A stretch of DNA of 64,000 nucleotides. Origin: Nitrospirota bacterium. Lineage in GTDB: Bacteria; Nitrospirota; UBA9217. The stretch is taken from contig CAWBNQ010000008.1 in assembly GCA_963790205.1 (NCBI GenBank), positions 192,001 to 256,000 of the forward strand. Direction: 5' to 3'. Shown piece by piece: positions 11,356 through 24,174 of this stretch; positions within the stretch are counted from its first letter, which is position 1, and each line of letters starts with the position of its first letter. The position numbers and the translations under genes were made by a program. Under the pieces are notes generated by a model, which saw only the letters and a list, made by a program, of their open reading frames with translations, was not told the origin of the DNA and made no database searches.

Positions 11356-12387
11356 ATGACTGAACCGGAAATAAAGAAGTTCCCCGGCAAGTTGGTGGTG
11401 TTCCTCGTCGGCCAGACAGATCAAAACCTTTCGGCCACGGACGTGGTCGAGATCAAGACCGTAAAGAGCGCCCCGAGCTACCTGGACGTCATCCCCAAGC
11501 AAAAAATCATCAGAGCCGACAAGCGCAAGATCGACGGTGTCGAGGTCGGTTTTCTGGTCAAGGCCTATTTGCCCGACGCGGTCGTGGTCGAAGCTTCGCT
11601 TGAAATGACCGATATCCTTTCCGACATGACCCTGGAGTTTAAGCGCTCGATCCTCGGGGAATGCAGGAGCATCCTGGAGGAATTTACCTGCTGCCAGGAA
11701 TTCGACGAAGAATACACGGTGTACTGCATTTCCGGCTACAGTGGCGACCCCAAAACGTACCTGGCCATGTACCGCGACAAGGTCGCGGCTTTTCTCAAGA
11801 ACGAGCGGATGCCGCTCGACGAAGAGGAGGTGCAGGCCACGTTGTCCTCGTACCTGAAATACGGCAAGCACGATATCACGGTCGTTGACTGGGACGGCGC
11901 GTTCATCTTCGATTCAACCGGAGATTTTGACAGCAACATCGAGTTGTTCCAGATCGCCAACCTGCAGCTCCTGAAGTCCCGCATGCTCGACGATGAGCTC
12001 GACGACCGGCTCGAGAAGACCCTGAAGCTCCTCAAGGCGCCCAAGCGGTTCCCGATCATCAGGTCCAGCGAGATGAAAAGAGTGCTCAAAGAGATCATCG
12101 AGATACGGACCCAGTCCATCTTCGAGTCTGAGACCATGGAGCGCAACATCAAGTTGATCGGCGATTGGTACTCTGCAAAGCTTTACTCACTGATCGCCAA
12201 GAAGTTCCACCTCGAGGACTGGAAAGCGGAGATCAAGGAAAAGCTCGACACCCTCGAAGACATCTCCACCATGGCCACGGAGAACTTCAGCGTGTCCTAC
12301 CGTGCGACGCTGGAATTCATCATCCTTGCCGGGTGGTTCATCCTCCTGCTCCTCTATGTGGGCGAGTTCCTGTTCACGAAGAAGTGA
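11356..12387 (+). CDS. Hypothetical protein with C-terminal TM helix (possibly RMD1/DUF155-like)
   Basis: 343-aa ORF with RBS; VVDWDGA, IGDWYSAKLY, terminal LEFIIL hydrophobic helix. Confidence 0.65.
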   Translation: MTEPEIKKFPGKLVVFLVGQTDQNLSATDVVEIKTVKSAPSYLDVIPKQKIIRADKRKIDGVEVGFLVKAYLPDAVVVEASLEMTDILSDMTLEFKRSILGECRSILEEFTCCQEFDEEYTVYCISGYSGDPKTYLAMYRDKVAAFLKNERMPLDEEEVQATLSSYLKYGKHDITVVDWDGAFIFDSTGDFDSNIELFQIANLQLLKSRMLDDELDDRLEKTLKLLKAPKRFPIIRSSEMKRVLKEIIEIRTQSIFESETMERNIKLIGDWYSAKLYSLIAKKFHLEDWKAEIKEKLDTLEDISTMATENFSVSYRATLEFIILAGWFILLLLYVGEFLFTKK

Positions 12388-12471
12388 TGCTGATCCATTG
12401 CCGGATACTCCCGTTACAAACAATTTTTCTTTTGATGATATCCTCGCTTATCTCGCCGGAAAGGGATCCCC

Positions 12472-14724
12472 GTGTCAATAGACCACATCAGCATCATCGC
12501 CGCAGAGCTCACGGTAAATAAACAACAGGTCCAGGCCTGCGCAGCGCTCCTCGATGAAGGCGCTACGGTGCCGTTTATCTCCCGCTACCGGAAGGAGGCC
12601 ACCGGCTCTCTTGATGAAGTGGCTGTTGCCGCAGTCCGCGACCGGCTTGCGCAGCTCAGGGAACTGGACAAGCGGCGCGAGGCCATCCTGAAATCGCTTG
12701 AAGAGACGGGAAAACTGACGGACGAGCTGAAGGAAAAGGTCTTCTCGGCCCAAACGCTGACGATGCTCGAGGATATTTATCTTCCTTACCGCCCAAAGCG
12801 GCGCACCAGGGCGATGATCGCCCGGGAGAAGGGACTTGAGCCGCTGGCACAGCGCATATTTTCTCAGGAGCCCGGAATCGATCCAGCGGGCGAGGCAGCT
12901 GCGTACGTTGATGCGGAAAAAGGCGTCGATACCGCGGATGACGCTCTTGCAGGAGCGCGGGACATTATTGCCGAGCTGGTGAATGAGGACCGGAACGCGC
13001 GGCAGAAAATGCGCGAACTCTATACCACAAAGGGACAGTTCAAGACGAAGGTCTTAACGGGAAAAGAAGAAGAGGGGATCAAGTACAAGGACTATTTCGA
13101 ATGGCAGGAACCGATCAACGCTGCCCCGTCCCATCGCATCCTGGCCATGAGGCGGGGAGAGAAAGAAGGTTTCCTGGTCCTTCGCGCCAACCCGCCCGAG
13201 GAAGAGGCGCTTTTGCTCCTGGAAGCGCTGTTCATCCACGGCGAGGGCCCCGCAGTGCAGCAGATGAAGCTCGCGGTCCATGACTGCTACAAGAGACTCC
13301 TCTCCCTGTCCATGGAAACCGAGATACGGGTTTCGACCAAGGAACGGGCGGACGCCGAGGCCATTCGCGTGTTCGGAGAAAACCTCCGTCAGCTCCTGCT
13401 TGCACCGCCGCTCGGGCAGAAAAACGTGCTGGCCATCGACCCGGGGTTCCGCACGGGATGCAAAGTGGTCTGCGTGGACCGACAGGGGAAGTTTCTGCGG
13501 AACGACACGATCTATCCGCATTTTTCAGAAAAGAACTCAGGCGAGGCAGGGGAGAAGATCGTCGAGCTCTGCAGGAAATATAACATAGAAGCCATCGCGA
13601 TCGGGAACGGCACCGCGGGGCGGGAAACGGAGTCTTTCGTAAGAAAACTCGGACTTCCGGCATCGATCCAGATCGTGATGGTGAATGAGAGCGGAGCGTC
13701 GGTCTATTCAGCGTCCGACGTGGCGCGCGAGGAATTTCCCGACCAGGACTTGACCGTGCGGGGGGCCGTCTCGATCGGCCGGAGAATAATGGACCCTCTT
13801 GCCGAGCTCGTCAAGATCGACCCCAAGGCGATCGGGGTGGGCCAGTATCAGCACGACGTGGACCAGACGGCGCTCATGCGAAGCCTCGACGACACGGTCG
13901 GCAATTGCGTGAACGCCGTCGGGGTCGAGGTCAATACGGCAAGCAAGCAGCTGCTCATGTATGTCTCGGGTCTCGGCCCGCAGCTTGCCGCGAACATTGT
14001 CGAGTATCGAAATCAGCATGGGCCTTTTACATCGCGCGAAGAACTTACAAAGGTGCCCAAGCTGGGACCGAAGACCTTTGAGCAGGCAGCGGGTTTTTTA
14101 CGCGTCCGGGGCGGGAAGCATCCGCTTGATGCGAGTGCTGTCCATCCGGAAAGCTATCACCTCGTGGATGCCATAGCAAGGGACCTGAATTGTTCGGTAC
14201 TCGATCTGCTGCAAAGCGAGGACCTGAGAAAGAAGATCGATCTGAATAACTATGTGACCGACTCGATCGGCCTCCCGACGCTGAAGGACATCCTGTCCGA
14301 ACTCGCCAAGCCGGGAAGGGACCCGCGCGAGCAGTTCGAGACCTTCAGCTTTGCCGAGGGGATCGAGAAGATCGAGGACGTGCAGCCGGGGATGAAACTG
14401 CCCGGCATCGTGACGAACATAACCGCTTTCGGGGCCTTTATCGATATCGGCGTGCACCAGGACGGCCTGGCGCACATCAGCCAGCTTTCGGACCGGTTTA
14501 TAAAAGATGTGAACGAGACGGTAAAGGTCCGGCAGCACGTAATGGCCACAGTGCTCGAAGTGGATGTAAAGCGGAAGAGGATATCTCTGTCTTTGAAAAG
14601 AAATCCGCAACAGCCGGGGAACCAGGAGAGACAGCAGAAGCGGCAACCGAAGGAAAAACCGAAGGAGAAACCGCGAACAGATTACAATGCCTTACAACAG
14701 GCGTTTACGAAGAACCGGACATGA
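12472..14724 (+). CDS. tex: Tex family RNA-binding transcriptional accessory protein
   Basis: GATVPFISRYRKEATG, DPGFRTGCK, GVGQYQHD, C-terminal S1 domain. Confidence 0.95.
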   Translation: MSIDHISIIAAELTVNKQQVQACAALLDEGATVPFISRYRKEATGSLDEVAVAAVRDRLAQLRELDKRREAILKSLEETGKLTDELKEKVFSAQTLTMLEDIYLPYRPKRRTRAMIAREKGLEPLAQRIFSQEPGIDPAGEAAAYVDAEKGVDTADDALAGARDIIAELVNEDRNARQKMRELYTTKGQFKTKVLTGKEEEGIKYKDYFEWQEPINAAPSHRILAMRRGEKEGFLVLRANPPEEEALLLLEALFIHGEGPAVQQMKLAVHDCYKRLLSLSMETEIRVSTKERADAEAIRVFGENLRQLLLAPPLGQKNVLAIDPGFRTGCKVVCVDRQGKFLRNDTIYPHFSEKNSGEAGEKIVELCRKYNIEAIAIGNGTAGRETESFVRKLGLPASIQIVMVNESGASVYSASDVAREEFPDQDLTVRGAVSIGRRIMDPLAELVKIDPKAIGVGQYQHDVDQTALMRSLDDTVGNCVNAVGVEVNTASKQLLMYVSGLGPQLAANIVEYRNQHGPFTSREELTKVPKLGPKTFEQAAGFLRVRGGKHPLDASAVHPESYHLVDAIARDLNCSVLDLLQSEDLRKKIDLNNYVTDSIGLPTLKDILSELAKPGRDPREQFETFSFAEGIEKIEDVQPGMKLPGIVTNITAFGAFIDIGVHQDGLAHISQLSDRFIKDVNETVKVRQHVMATVLEVDVKRKRISLSLKRNPQQPGNQERQQKRQPKEKPKEKPRTDYNALQQAFTKNRT

Positions 14725-14776
14725 GGCATCTGACAGGCCTCTGAAAAACCATTTTGTTCTGTCATCTGATCGAAGA

Positions 14777-14998
14777 TCATTTCATGTTCATTGGTTTTGC
14801 CTTTTCTGCTGACTTCTTCCTGTCGGCCGGTTTGACGACCCCGGCCTCCCGCTCTATTCTTTTTTCGTATCTCTTCTTCACGATCATTTCCGCCTTGAAC
14901 CAATCTTCCATGTCCTGTCCATGGACCCTTCCTCTTTTTTCATAAAGTTCATATGCTACTTTTTCCACCTCATCATAGAAATTCGTGAGCTCATTCAT
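14777..14998 (-). CDS. DUF2934 domain small protein
   Basis: AYELYEKRGRVHGQDMEDWFKAE. Confidence 0.8.
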   Translation of the reverse strand: MNELTNFYDEVEKVAYELYEKRGRVHGQDMEDWFKAEMIVKKRYEKRIEREAGVVKPADRKKSAEKAKPMNMK

Positions 14999-15221
14999 TC
15001 GGCGTCTCCTGCCTTTCACTTGCAGTTTTGGAATACTGTATCAGGGAAGAAAAGACTTTGCGCAGCTGGTGAAAAGTATAGCTGAATTTGATTCTGATGG
15101 AAAGGACAAAAGGGGATCTTAACAAGTACGCTTTTGAGGTGACAAACAAACAGGCAGACAGATTTGGCGCCTGGACCTTTGCGCGCCAACCTGCCTGTTA
15201 TTGCTGCTCTCGTATTGTCTC

Positions 15222-15413
15222 TTAGGACTTCTTTTCTTCTTTCTGCGCTTCCGTCCCGGCTTCTTCCTTATCTGAAGAAAGGGCTTTTTTAAATGCCTTT
15301 ATGCTTTTGCCAAGCCCCTCGCCCAGTTCCGGAAGTTTTCCCGGACCGAAGATGATCAAAACGATGAAAAGGATAAGCAGCAGATGCATCGGCTGGAACA
15401 GGCCTCTACCCAT
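15222..15413 (-). CDS. tatA: Twin-arginine translocase TatA/TatE, copy 1
   Basis: TM helix followed by [32 protein letters not shown]. Confidence 0.9.
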   Translation of the reverse strand: MGRGLFQPMHLLLILFIVLIIFGPGKLPELGEGLGKSIKAFKKALSSDKEEAGTEAQKEEKKS

Positions 15414-15474
15414 GTGAATTTCCTCCTTATTGTTTATCGACGCACGATGTTTGTACGCGAAAATCAAGAGATCG

Positions 15475-16842
15475 TTATTCCGCTGCCAGCCCGTACTTCT
15501 TGAGTTTCCTCCAAAGCGAGACGCGGTCGATGCCTAGGATCTGGGCGGCGAGGGTCTTGTTGCCGCCGACTTCGTTCAGCACCCATTTGATATAGGACTC
15601 CTCCTGCTCGTCAAGCGACGGGATCTTGCCTTCCTTTTTTCTGAAGGTCTTGATGCTCAGCTCCCGTAAATCCTCGGGTAGATGGGCGAGCTCGACTGTG
15701 CCGCCGGTGGCGAGCGCCACGCCGCGCTCCATGATGTTCTCGAGCTCCCGCACGTTGCCGGGGAAATCGTAGTTCACCAGCAGGCCGAGCACTTCCGGAG
15801 AGATCTCATTGACGTTCTTTTTCATGATCACGGCGTACTTTTTCAGGAAATAGTACGAGAGCAGAGGAACGTCGTCCTTGCGTTCCGACAGGGGGGGGAT
15901 GCGCAGAGACACCACGTTCAGCCTGAAGTAAAGGTCCTGCCGGAAGGCGCCCTCCTTGATCGTGTCCTGGATGTTCCGGTTCGTGGCGGCGACGAGCCGT
16001 ACGTCGACTTTGATCGCCTCGGTGCCGCCCACCCGCATCATCTCCCGTTCCTGGATCACCCGCAGGAGCTTTACCTGCATGGACGGCGGCATCTCGGTGA
16101 TTTCATCGAGGAATAGGGTCCCGCCGCTGGCCATCTCGATGAGGCCTTTCTTCATCGTATTTGCACCGGTGAACGCGCCCCTTTCATGGCCGAAAAGCTC
16201 GTTCGAAAGAAGCTCCTCGGTGAAGGCGCCGCAGTTGATTGCGGAGAAGGGCCCCTCCACGCGTTTGCTGCTGATGTGGATGTACCGTGCGAAGAGCTCC
16301 TTGCCGGCGCCGCTCTCGCCGGTGATGAGCACGTTGCAGTCCGTGGGTGCTATCTGCCGCGCGGTTTCGAGGAGGCGCCGCATGTTCGGGTCCTGGGTGA
16401 TGATCTTGACCCGCCCCTGGTAGTGTTCGAGGTGCTCCCGGAGCTGCTGGTTCTCCTTCTTGAGCAAGACCTTGGTAACGGCCTCCTTCACGACCTTCCG
16501 CACCTCGTCGAGCTTGAAGGGTTTGGCGATATAGTAGAACGCGCCGTGCTTCATGGCCTCGACGCCGGATTCGAGCGTGGCGAAGCCGGTGATCATGACC
16601 ACTTCCGTGTCGGGGTAGAGCTCGCGGCAGCGCCGGAGGATCTCCATGCCGTCGACCTTCTCCATGCGAAGGTCGGTGAGCACAACGTCGAACGGCTGCT
16701 CTTCGAGGAGCTTGAGCGCATTCGCCCCGCTCTGGGTGCCGAAGACGTCGTAGCCTTCCTTTTTCATGACGTGCTCGAGGTTCCTGAGCGCCACGCGCTC
16801 GTCGTCGATGATGAGAAGTTTCGTGCTGTTGTTCATTATCAT
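15475..16842 (-). CDS. Sigma54-dependent response regulator (NtrC family)
   Basis: REC domain, [20 protein letters not shown]-terminal Fis-type HTH. Confidence 0.95.
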   Translation of the reverse strand: MIMNNSTKLLIIDDERVALRNLEHVMKKEGYDVFGTQSGANALKLLEEQPFDVVLTDLRMEKVDGMEILRRCRELYPDTEVVMITGFATLESGVEAMKHGAFYYIAKPFKLDEVRKVVKEAVTKVLLKKENQQLREHLEHYQGRVKIITQDPNMRRLLETARQIAPTDCNVLITGESGAGKELFARYIHISSKRVEGPFSAINCGAFTEELLSNELFGHERGAFTGANTMKKGLIEMASGGTLFLDEITEMPPSMQVKLLRVIQEREMMRVGGTEAIKVDVRLVAATNRNIQDTIKEGAFRQDLYFRLNVVSLRIPPLSERKDDVPLLSYYFLKKYAVIMKKNVNEISPEVLGLLVNYDFPGNVRELENIMERGVALATGGTVELAHLPEDLRELSIKTFRKKEGKIPSLDEQEESYIKWVLNEVGGNKTLAAQILGIDRVSLWRKLKKYGLAAE

Positions 16843-16915
16843 TTCACTCCAGGTTTTTCAAAAAAGGATTTCTAGTTTAGAATTTATGGCTTATAGCTGA
16901 AGCAGTGACCTTAAA

Positions 16916-18470
16916 CTACAAACTGATTTTATTCACCGGCAGCCGTATCAAGAACGTCGTGCCTTTCCCCGGCTCGCTGTCCACAGCGATGCAGCCGTCG
17001 TGCTCCTCGATGATCTCGTGCACGATGTAAAGGCCGAGGCCCGAGCCCTTGCCCACGTCCTTGGTCGTGAAAAAGGGGTCGAAGATCTTCGACAGGGCGT
17101 CAGCGGAAATGCCCGGGCCCGTGTCACGCACTTGGATATCGATGGTGTCCTCTTCGAGCGTGCATTTAGCGCGATATTTAAGATAATTGTAGATGCCCGT
17201 GTCGTCTCCGGCCTGGTCAAGGGCGCTGTGCCGATCTGGCGGTCACCAGGACCGCGCCCCCGTTCTCGGCTACGGCATCGAGGGCGTTCTTGATCAGGTT
17301 CAGAAAGGCCTGCTGGATGCGCTGCTTGTCCGCTATGATCGTGAGGTCATCGGGGATGTCCATAGAGACCGTCGTGTTTGCGGGCATCTGGCCTTTTACG
17401 AACCGGATCGTCTCCTCGAATAGGGACCTGACCGGCAAATCCTGCTTCTTAAAGTCCTTGTCGCGCGAGAACTCCAGGAGCGAGCGGACGATGTTCCTCG
17501 CCCGGTCGGTCTGGTCGTTTATCTGGGCCAGCATCTCCGTCACAAAGTCCGGGTTCACGCACAGGCGGCCGGAGGCCGGATTTTCCCGCGACTCTTTCAG
17601 CTCTTCCAGAAGGATCTGGTTGGACGACGAGATGTTCGACAGCGGATTGTTGAGTTCGTGCGCCACGCCCGAAAGGAGCGTGCCGAGGGAGGCAAGCTTC
17701 TCGGACTGGACCAGGTGGCGCTGCCTTAGTTCCAGTTCGCGCAGCATTTTATTGAAGGCGTTGGTCAAGGACGCGATCTCCCGGTCCCGGGAGTCGATCT
17801 CTATCTTCTCGAACCGTCCGTCCGCGATCACTTCCATGTTCTTCTCAATGAGCTTGAGGGGCTTCACGACCATCCGGGACAGGACCTGGCCGATGGCGAT
17901 GACGGCGATAGAAAGCAGGATGATCGAAAAAATGAGGGTCTGCTGGGAGGTGGTCAACAGCGCTTGGACGCTGGTGCGCTCGGTCTTCGATATTTCCTCC
18001 GCGATCGTGATGATGTCCTTACCCGTGACGCGGATCCCGCTTTCGAGCATGGTCTTACGCGCTTTGTGCCCGACGCGTTTTTTTCTTGTGCCGGGCGCGG
18101 TCAGTGCGGCGTACTGTTCCATGAGCCCATGATAGACCGCGAGCCGGTCCCGGAGGGACTCTACCTGCGCCGTCGGGGCGAGAGCGGCAAAACCCTTGAG
18201 GTTACTTTCGAGGAGCTCACGGGCCTTGCTCACGTAGCGGGAATTTTCCCGGTAGTCCGACTGCTTCTCGTAAAGGAAATAGTTCTTTTCAAACCGCCTG
18301 ATCTCGAGGGTGGTGTCGAAGAACTCGGAAATGGCCTCGCCGAAGATGATTTTCCGTTCGATGAACCGCAGTTCGAGGAACGTGAACAGGGTGAGTCCGA
18401 TGATGATGACCACGATGGCATAGTAGCCAAAGGTGATCTTCTGTCTGATGCTTGGTTTGTAGTTGAACAT
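16916..18470 (-). CDS. Membrane sensor histidine kinase (periplasmic helical sensor, HAMP, HisKA, HATPase); frameshift near 17234
   Basis: [43 protein letters not shown] and GSGLGL lie in the downstream frame after one extra base. Confidence 0.88.
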
Positions 18471-18567
18471 GATTAAATCCAAACAAGTTTGAGGTCTCGA
18501 ATTTGAAGTCTCAAGTTTGAAGTCTCAAGTTTAAAACCGAGACTTGAGACTATAACCTGCTCCTGCT

Positions 18568-20565
<1,998 letters not shown>

Positions 20566-20751
20566 TGTTCACCTTATTTTACCAGGAAGCCTGTCAATGC
20601 GACGAGTAAAAGACAAAGCTGTTCGGGCCTGATGAAACGATGTCACTGCGTTTTCGCATCCCCGCTGCAGCGGGTCATCTATTGCCGCGTCTCTCCGCTC
20701 CTCGCAATGACAACAACGGGGACTTTTTACGAGATCATCAAGGATAATATA

Positions 20752-20853
20752 GTTGCATTTTACAACGTTTCCATTTCCAATGCAACAAATTAATTTAACC
20801 CTTATATTCAAGATGTAAGCTGGTTTTAAGGAAATACTATTGCATTATAAAAC
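20752..20853. promoter_or_regulatory. Three copies of a putative enhancer-binding-protein site (RTTGCATT core)
   Basis: GTTGCATTTTACAAC at 20752-20766, inverted copy at ~20772-20786, ATTGCATTATAAAAC at 20839-20853; upstream of a sigma54 promoter. Confidence 0.55.
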
Positions 20854-20929
20854 AGACCGGTCATCATTACATTATGACTATCCCTAAAATAGCCGCATTA
20901 TTTCAATGTGTTCATCCGTTTTGTTCTTT

Positions 20930-20945
20930 TGGCACGGGAGTTGTA
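20930..20945 (+). promoter_or_regulatory. Sigma54 (-24/-12) promoter
   Basis: TGGCAC-N5-TTGT, correct spacing with a variant -12, just upstream of the AGGAGG RBS of ORF 20978. Confidence 0.75.
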
Positions 20946-20977
20946 ATTAAGTAAGGTAAGACTACAGGAAAGGAGGC

Positions 20978-21160
20978 ATGACCATGAAGACCTTACTCAA
21001 GAAATTTGAAGCAGCGATGGTAGCTGCGACCTTTGCGGAAGCAGGGGAATTCGAGACCGCACGACAGATCATGAACGAAGGCCGGCCCAGAAAGAGCGAT
21101 CGGCCCTCTGCCCATGATTACCAGAGACCGGCAGCCAGTAAAGAATTGCGCGCCGACTAA
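20978..21160 (+). CDS. Small hypothetical protein with AATFAEAGE motif
   Basis: Strong RBS; motif shared with the next gene. Confidence 0.75.
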   Translation: MTMKTLLKKFEAAMVAATFAEAGEFETARQIMNEGRPRKSDRPSAHDYQRPAASKELRAD

Positions 21161-21207
21161 GGGCCGAAGTGGTTTCATTATGAACCTGGCTCTGGCGGGG
21201 ATGAAGC

Positions 21208-21711
21208 ATGAGCGCAAACAAACTGAAGAAGATAATGAAAAAGATGGAAGACGTGCTCGCTGCAACGTCGTTCGCTGAAGAAGGGGAGGGCGACGCGGCA
21301 CGATCGATTCTGACCGAAGGAAGGCGCGTACTGCTGGCGCTCAAGGAGGGAAGGATCGACATCAAAACCCTGAAATATGCCGTGAACACTTCCAAGCGTA
21401 TCGGTGCCAATCTCGATGTTCTCTATGTTGCCTCTGTGGGGAGACAGGGCGTCGCCGATGATCCCTTGCTCGGGGTTCTTCAGTCTGAACTTTCCGCGGA
21501 AGACGTACCATACCGGCTGATCCGGAAAACTGGCTGCCTCAAACAGGCGGTCATCGATTACACGAACCGGGAGAAGGAAATCCTGTTCGCAGTGGTCGAG
21601 TCGCCGAACAGCCTGGACGCCGACTGCAACAACAAGGACACACGGCTCTCGGAATTATGGCAGCAGCTCAAATGCCCGCTCGTCGTGGTCATGGACGAGG
21701 CACGGGCGTGA
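21208..21711 (+). CDS. Hypothetical protein: FAEEGE motif followed by a USP-like domain
   Basis: AATSFAEEGE N-terminus; RRVLLA...LDVLYV...CPLVVV pattern resembles USP folds. Confidence 0.7.
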   Translation: MSANKLKKIMKKMEDVLAATSFAEEGEGDAARSILTEGRRVLLALKEGRIDIKTLKYAVNTSKRIGANLDVLYVASVGRQGVADDPLLGVLQSELSAEDVPYRLIRKTGCLKQAVIDYTNREKEILFAVVESPNSLDADCNNKDTRLSELWQQLKCPLVVVMDEARA

Positions 21712-21735
21712 ACCAAACAACTTTCACCACGAAGA

Positions 21736-21780
21736 CACACCCTACATTCGCGTTATCACTCGTAACCGCTGGGTGCAGGC
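21736..21780 (+). repeat. ~45-bp dispersed element, copy 1
   Basis: CACACCCTACATTCGCGTTATCACTCGTAACCGCTGGGTGCAGGC. Confidence 0.85.
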
Positions 21781-21866
21781 GAAGTCATTAAGAAAAGCAA
21801 AGACCGAACGTTTGTGTCTTAGTGCCTTAGCGGTAAATAATTTACTTACTTTAAGGAGGAACTATC

Positions 21867-22118
21867 ATGGCACAGAGCGCCACACGAAAGAAGCCGGTGG
21901 GCGCGTTGATCGTTATGGGCATTATTTCCATAGCGCTCTACGCGACCCTTCTGCTCAAGCAGGATTGGGTAAACAACACCTTCGCGAAGGGCGGAGTGTA
22001 CGCACTGTTACCGATCGTCACGGCATTTGTATTCTCATACGTACACGGCACGTTTACGGGCCACTTTTGGACCGTTTTCGGCATCGAGGCCGCGAAGAAA
22101 AAAAAGGAGGTAAAGTAA
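21867..22118 (+). CDS. Small two-TM membrane protein
   Basis: AGGAGG RBS; FSYVHGTFTGHFW motif; ends 1 nt before the TauE gene. Confidence 0.75.
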   Translation: MAQSATRKKPVGALIVMGIISIALYATLLLKQDWVNNTFAKGGVYALLPIVTAFVFSYVHGTFTGHFWTVFGIEAAKKKKEVK

Positions 22119-22119
22119 C

Positions 22120-23202
22120 ATGCACGACATTATGACGAACTTCATCAATCTCGATGCCATCACCATTTTTTACCTGTTTGGGGTAGGGTTTGTGGGCGGC
22201 CTGGTCAGCGGATTCATCGGTTCAGGTGGCGCGTTCGTTCTTACGCCGGGCATGATGAGCCTGGGCGTGCCCGGGCTTGTGGCCGTGGCGAGCAACATGT
22301 GCCACAAATTTCCCAAGGCGCTCGTAGGTTCGCTCAAACGCGCTAAATACGGGCAGGTGGACGTAAAACTCGGCATCGTCCTCGGCATCTCGGCGGAAGC
22401 CGGGGTGCTGTACGGCGCTCAAATTCAGGAAAATATCAAGAAGTCCTTCGGCGACGCGGGCTCCAATCTCTATGTGAGCGTTGCCTTTGTCGTGATCCTC
22501 GCTACGGTCGGCGGTTTTGTCCTTTACGACGCGTGGAAGACCTATAAGTCCGGAAACTCGCAGTCAGCGGAAAAAACCGGGAAGTTGGCACAGTGGGTAC
22601 AGTCCATCAATATTCCCGGCACCATGGTTTATTTTAAGGCGCTCAACGCCCGCGTGTCGATACTCTTTACCATTCCCCTGGGGTTCGCGACCGGAATGCT
22701 GGCGGCCACGATCGCGGTGGGTGGATTCATCGGCGTCCCGGCAATGATCTATGTCCTCGGCGCGCCGAGTCTCATGGCCTCGGCCACGGAGCTCGTGATC
22801 GCCTTTGTGATGGGCCTCGGCGGCTCGCTCAAGTATGCCATGCACGGGCTGGTCGACATCCGTCTCGCCATGATCATCCTCGCCGGTTCCCTCTTCGGCA
22901 TTCAGCTCGGCGCCATCGGCACCACCTATGTGAAGCCATTCATGATCAAAGTGGTGATGGGCCTGATCATGGTGATCGTGCTCTTCAGCCGCGGCCTGAT
23001 GGTCCCGGTTTACCTGGCCCAGCTCGGGCTCATCGATAAGCTCGGTGACGGCACGGTAGCGTTGCTGAAGACCACCAGCTTTGCTATCATGATATTTGCA
23101 TTGCTCACGGGGGCTTTCATCGTCTTGCGCGCCATGTGGCAGGGTCGCGAGGCCGAGAAACTGCGACATGCAGCGGGGGCCCTGGAACATGGGGAAATAT
23201 AG
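22120..23202 (+). CDS. TauE/SafE family (sulfite exporter-like) membrane protein
   Basis: GGLVSGFIGSGGAF..TP and repeated IAVGGFIGVP motifs. Confidence 0.85.
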   Translation: MHDIMTNFINLDAITIFYLFGVGFVGGLVSGFIGSGGAFVLTPGMMSLGVPGLVAVASNMCHKFPKALVGSLKRAKYGQVDVKLGIVLGISAEAGVLYGAQIQENIKKSFGDAGSNLYVSVAFVVILATVGGFVLYDAWKTYKSGNSQSAEKTGKLAQWVQSINIPGTMVYFKALNARVSILFTIPLGFATGMLAATIAVGGFIGVPAMIYVLGAPSLMASATELVIAFVMGLGGSLKYAMHGLVDIRLAMIILAGSLFGIQLGAIGTTYVKPFMIKVVMGLIMVIVLFSRGLMVPVYLAQLGLIDKLGDGTVALLKTTSFAIMIFALLTGAFIVLRAMWQGREAEKLRHAAGALEHGEI

Positions 23203-24037
23203 GAAAATTCTTGTTGCCGTGGACGGTTCGCAATCAAGCCGGAACGCGCTCACGCAGGCGTTCCGGTTTGCTGTTGACGAGAAATGCTGGATCACGGTCA
23301 CGTCCGTGGTGCCGCCCTACGAAGGCGAGATCGAGATACTCGGCATCAAGGATATCAAGGCGGCCCTCCGGAAGCCATGCGAAGATGCCCTGGGCGAGGC
23401 GCAAAGCCTGGCGGAAAAAGAACGGGCGCTCATCAAAACGGTCTGCGAGGAAGGCGAGATCTACGAACGAATTGTAGATTTAGCCGACGCCGAGAACTGC
23501 GATCTGATTATCATGGGGCGGCGGGGACAGCGGCGCCGCACGCTGGTCGGCAGCGTTACCGCGAGGGTCATCGGGCACACGCAGCGTGAAGTACTCGTGG
23601 TGCCGGACGACACCCTTGTCGGATGGAAAAGGATCGTGTTCGCGACCGACGGGTCGAAGTACAGCGCGGCGGCTGCGGAGCGGGCAATCGCTTTCGCAAA
23701 GTCATATGGCGGGGAGTTGAAGGTACTCTCGGTTGTGGATGTTCCTTCGGAATTTTATGCCGATGCGCCCCGGGCGGTGGAGGACCTCGTCCGCAAGGCA
23801 AAAGGCTTTGTGGCTGACGTGAAAAAACAGGCTGAGGCCGCGGGCGTACCGGCCGAGACCTTTGTGGGGGAGTCCGAAGCATATCAGGCGATCAACAACC
23901 TGGTCCCGGAACAGAAGGCTGATATCATTATTCTGGGGTCACACGGCCGTACCGGCCTCCGCCGTCTCCTGATGGGGAGCGTGACCGAAAATGTCATCGG
24001 CCATGCGACCTGCCCGGTGCTGGTGGTCAAGAACTGA
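23189..24037 (+). CDS. Tandem-domain universal stress protein
   Basis: Two USP domains: ILVAVDGS...GSVT and FATDGS...GSHGRTG...GSVT..CPVLVV. Confidence 0.9.
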   Translation: MGKYRKILVAVDGSQSSRNALTQAFRFAVDEKCWITVTSVVPPYEGEIEILGIKDIKAALRKPCEDALGEAQSLAEKERALIKTVCEEGEIYERIVDLADAENCDLIIMGRRGQRRRTLVGSVTARVIGHTQREVLVVPDDTLVGWKRIVFATDGSKYSAAAAERAIAFAKSYGGELKVLSVVDVPSEFYADAPRAVEDLVRKAKGFVADVKKQAEAAGVPAETFVGESEAYQAINNLVPEQKADIIILGSHGRTGLRRLLMGSVTENVIGHATCPVLVVKN

Positions 24038-24118
24038 TGATATCCTGTCGCTGCATGCTCTCTGCAGTGATAGTGGCCTGCTTCGCGGTTTCCGGCCCCT
24101 GCGTTCGTGGAATTTCAA

Positions 24119-24147
24119 TTGACAGGCATACGTATGAGCAGTATAAT
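24119..24147 (+). promoter_or_regulatory. Consensus sigma70 promoter of tatA copy 2
   Basis: TTGACA-17 nt-TATAAT, exact match. Confidence 0.8.
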
Positions 24148-24174
24148 CCAAACACGCGAAGGAGGAATAAACCC

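Noticed and set aside
18485..18550. Possible CRISPR array in this and other repeat tracts
   Set aside because: Repeats are tandem 7/14-mers with no unique spacers, and no cas genes are present.
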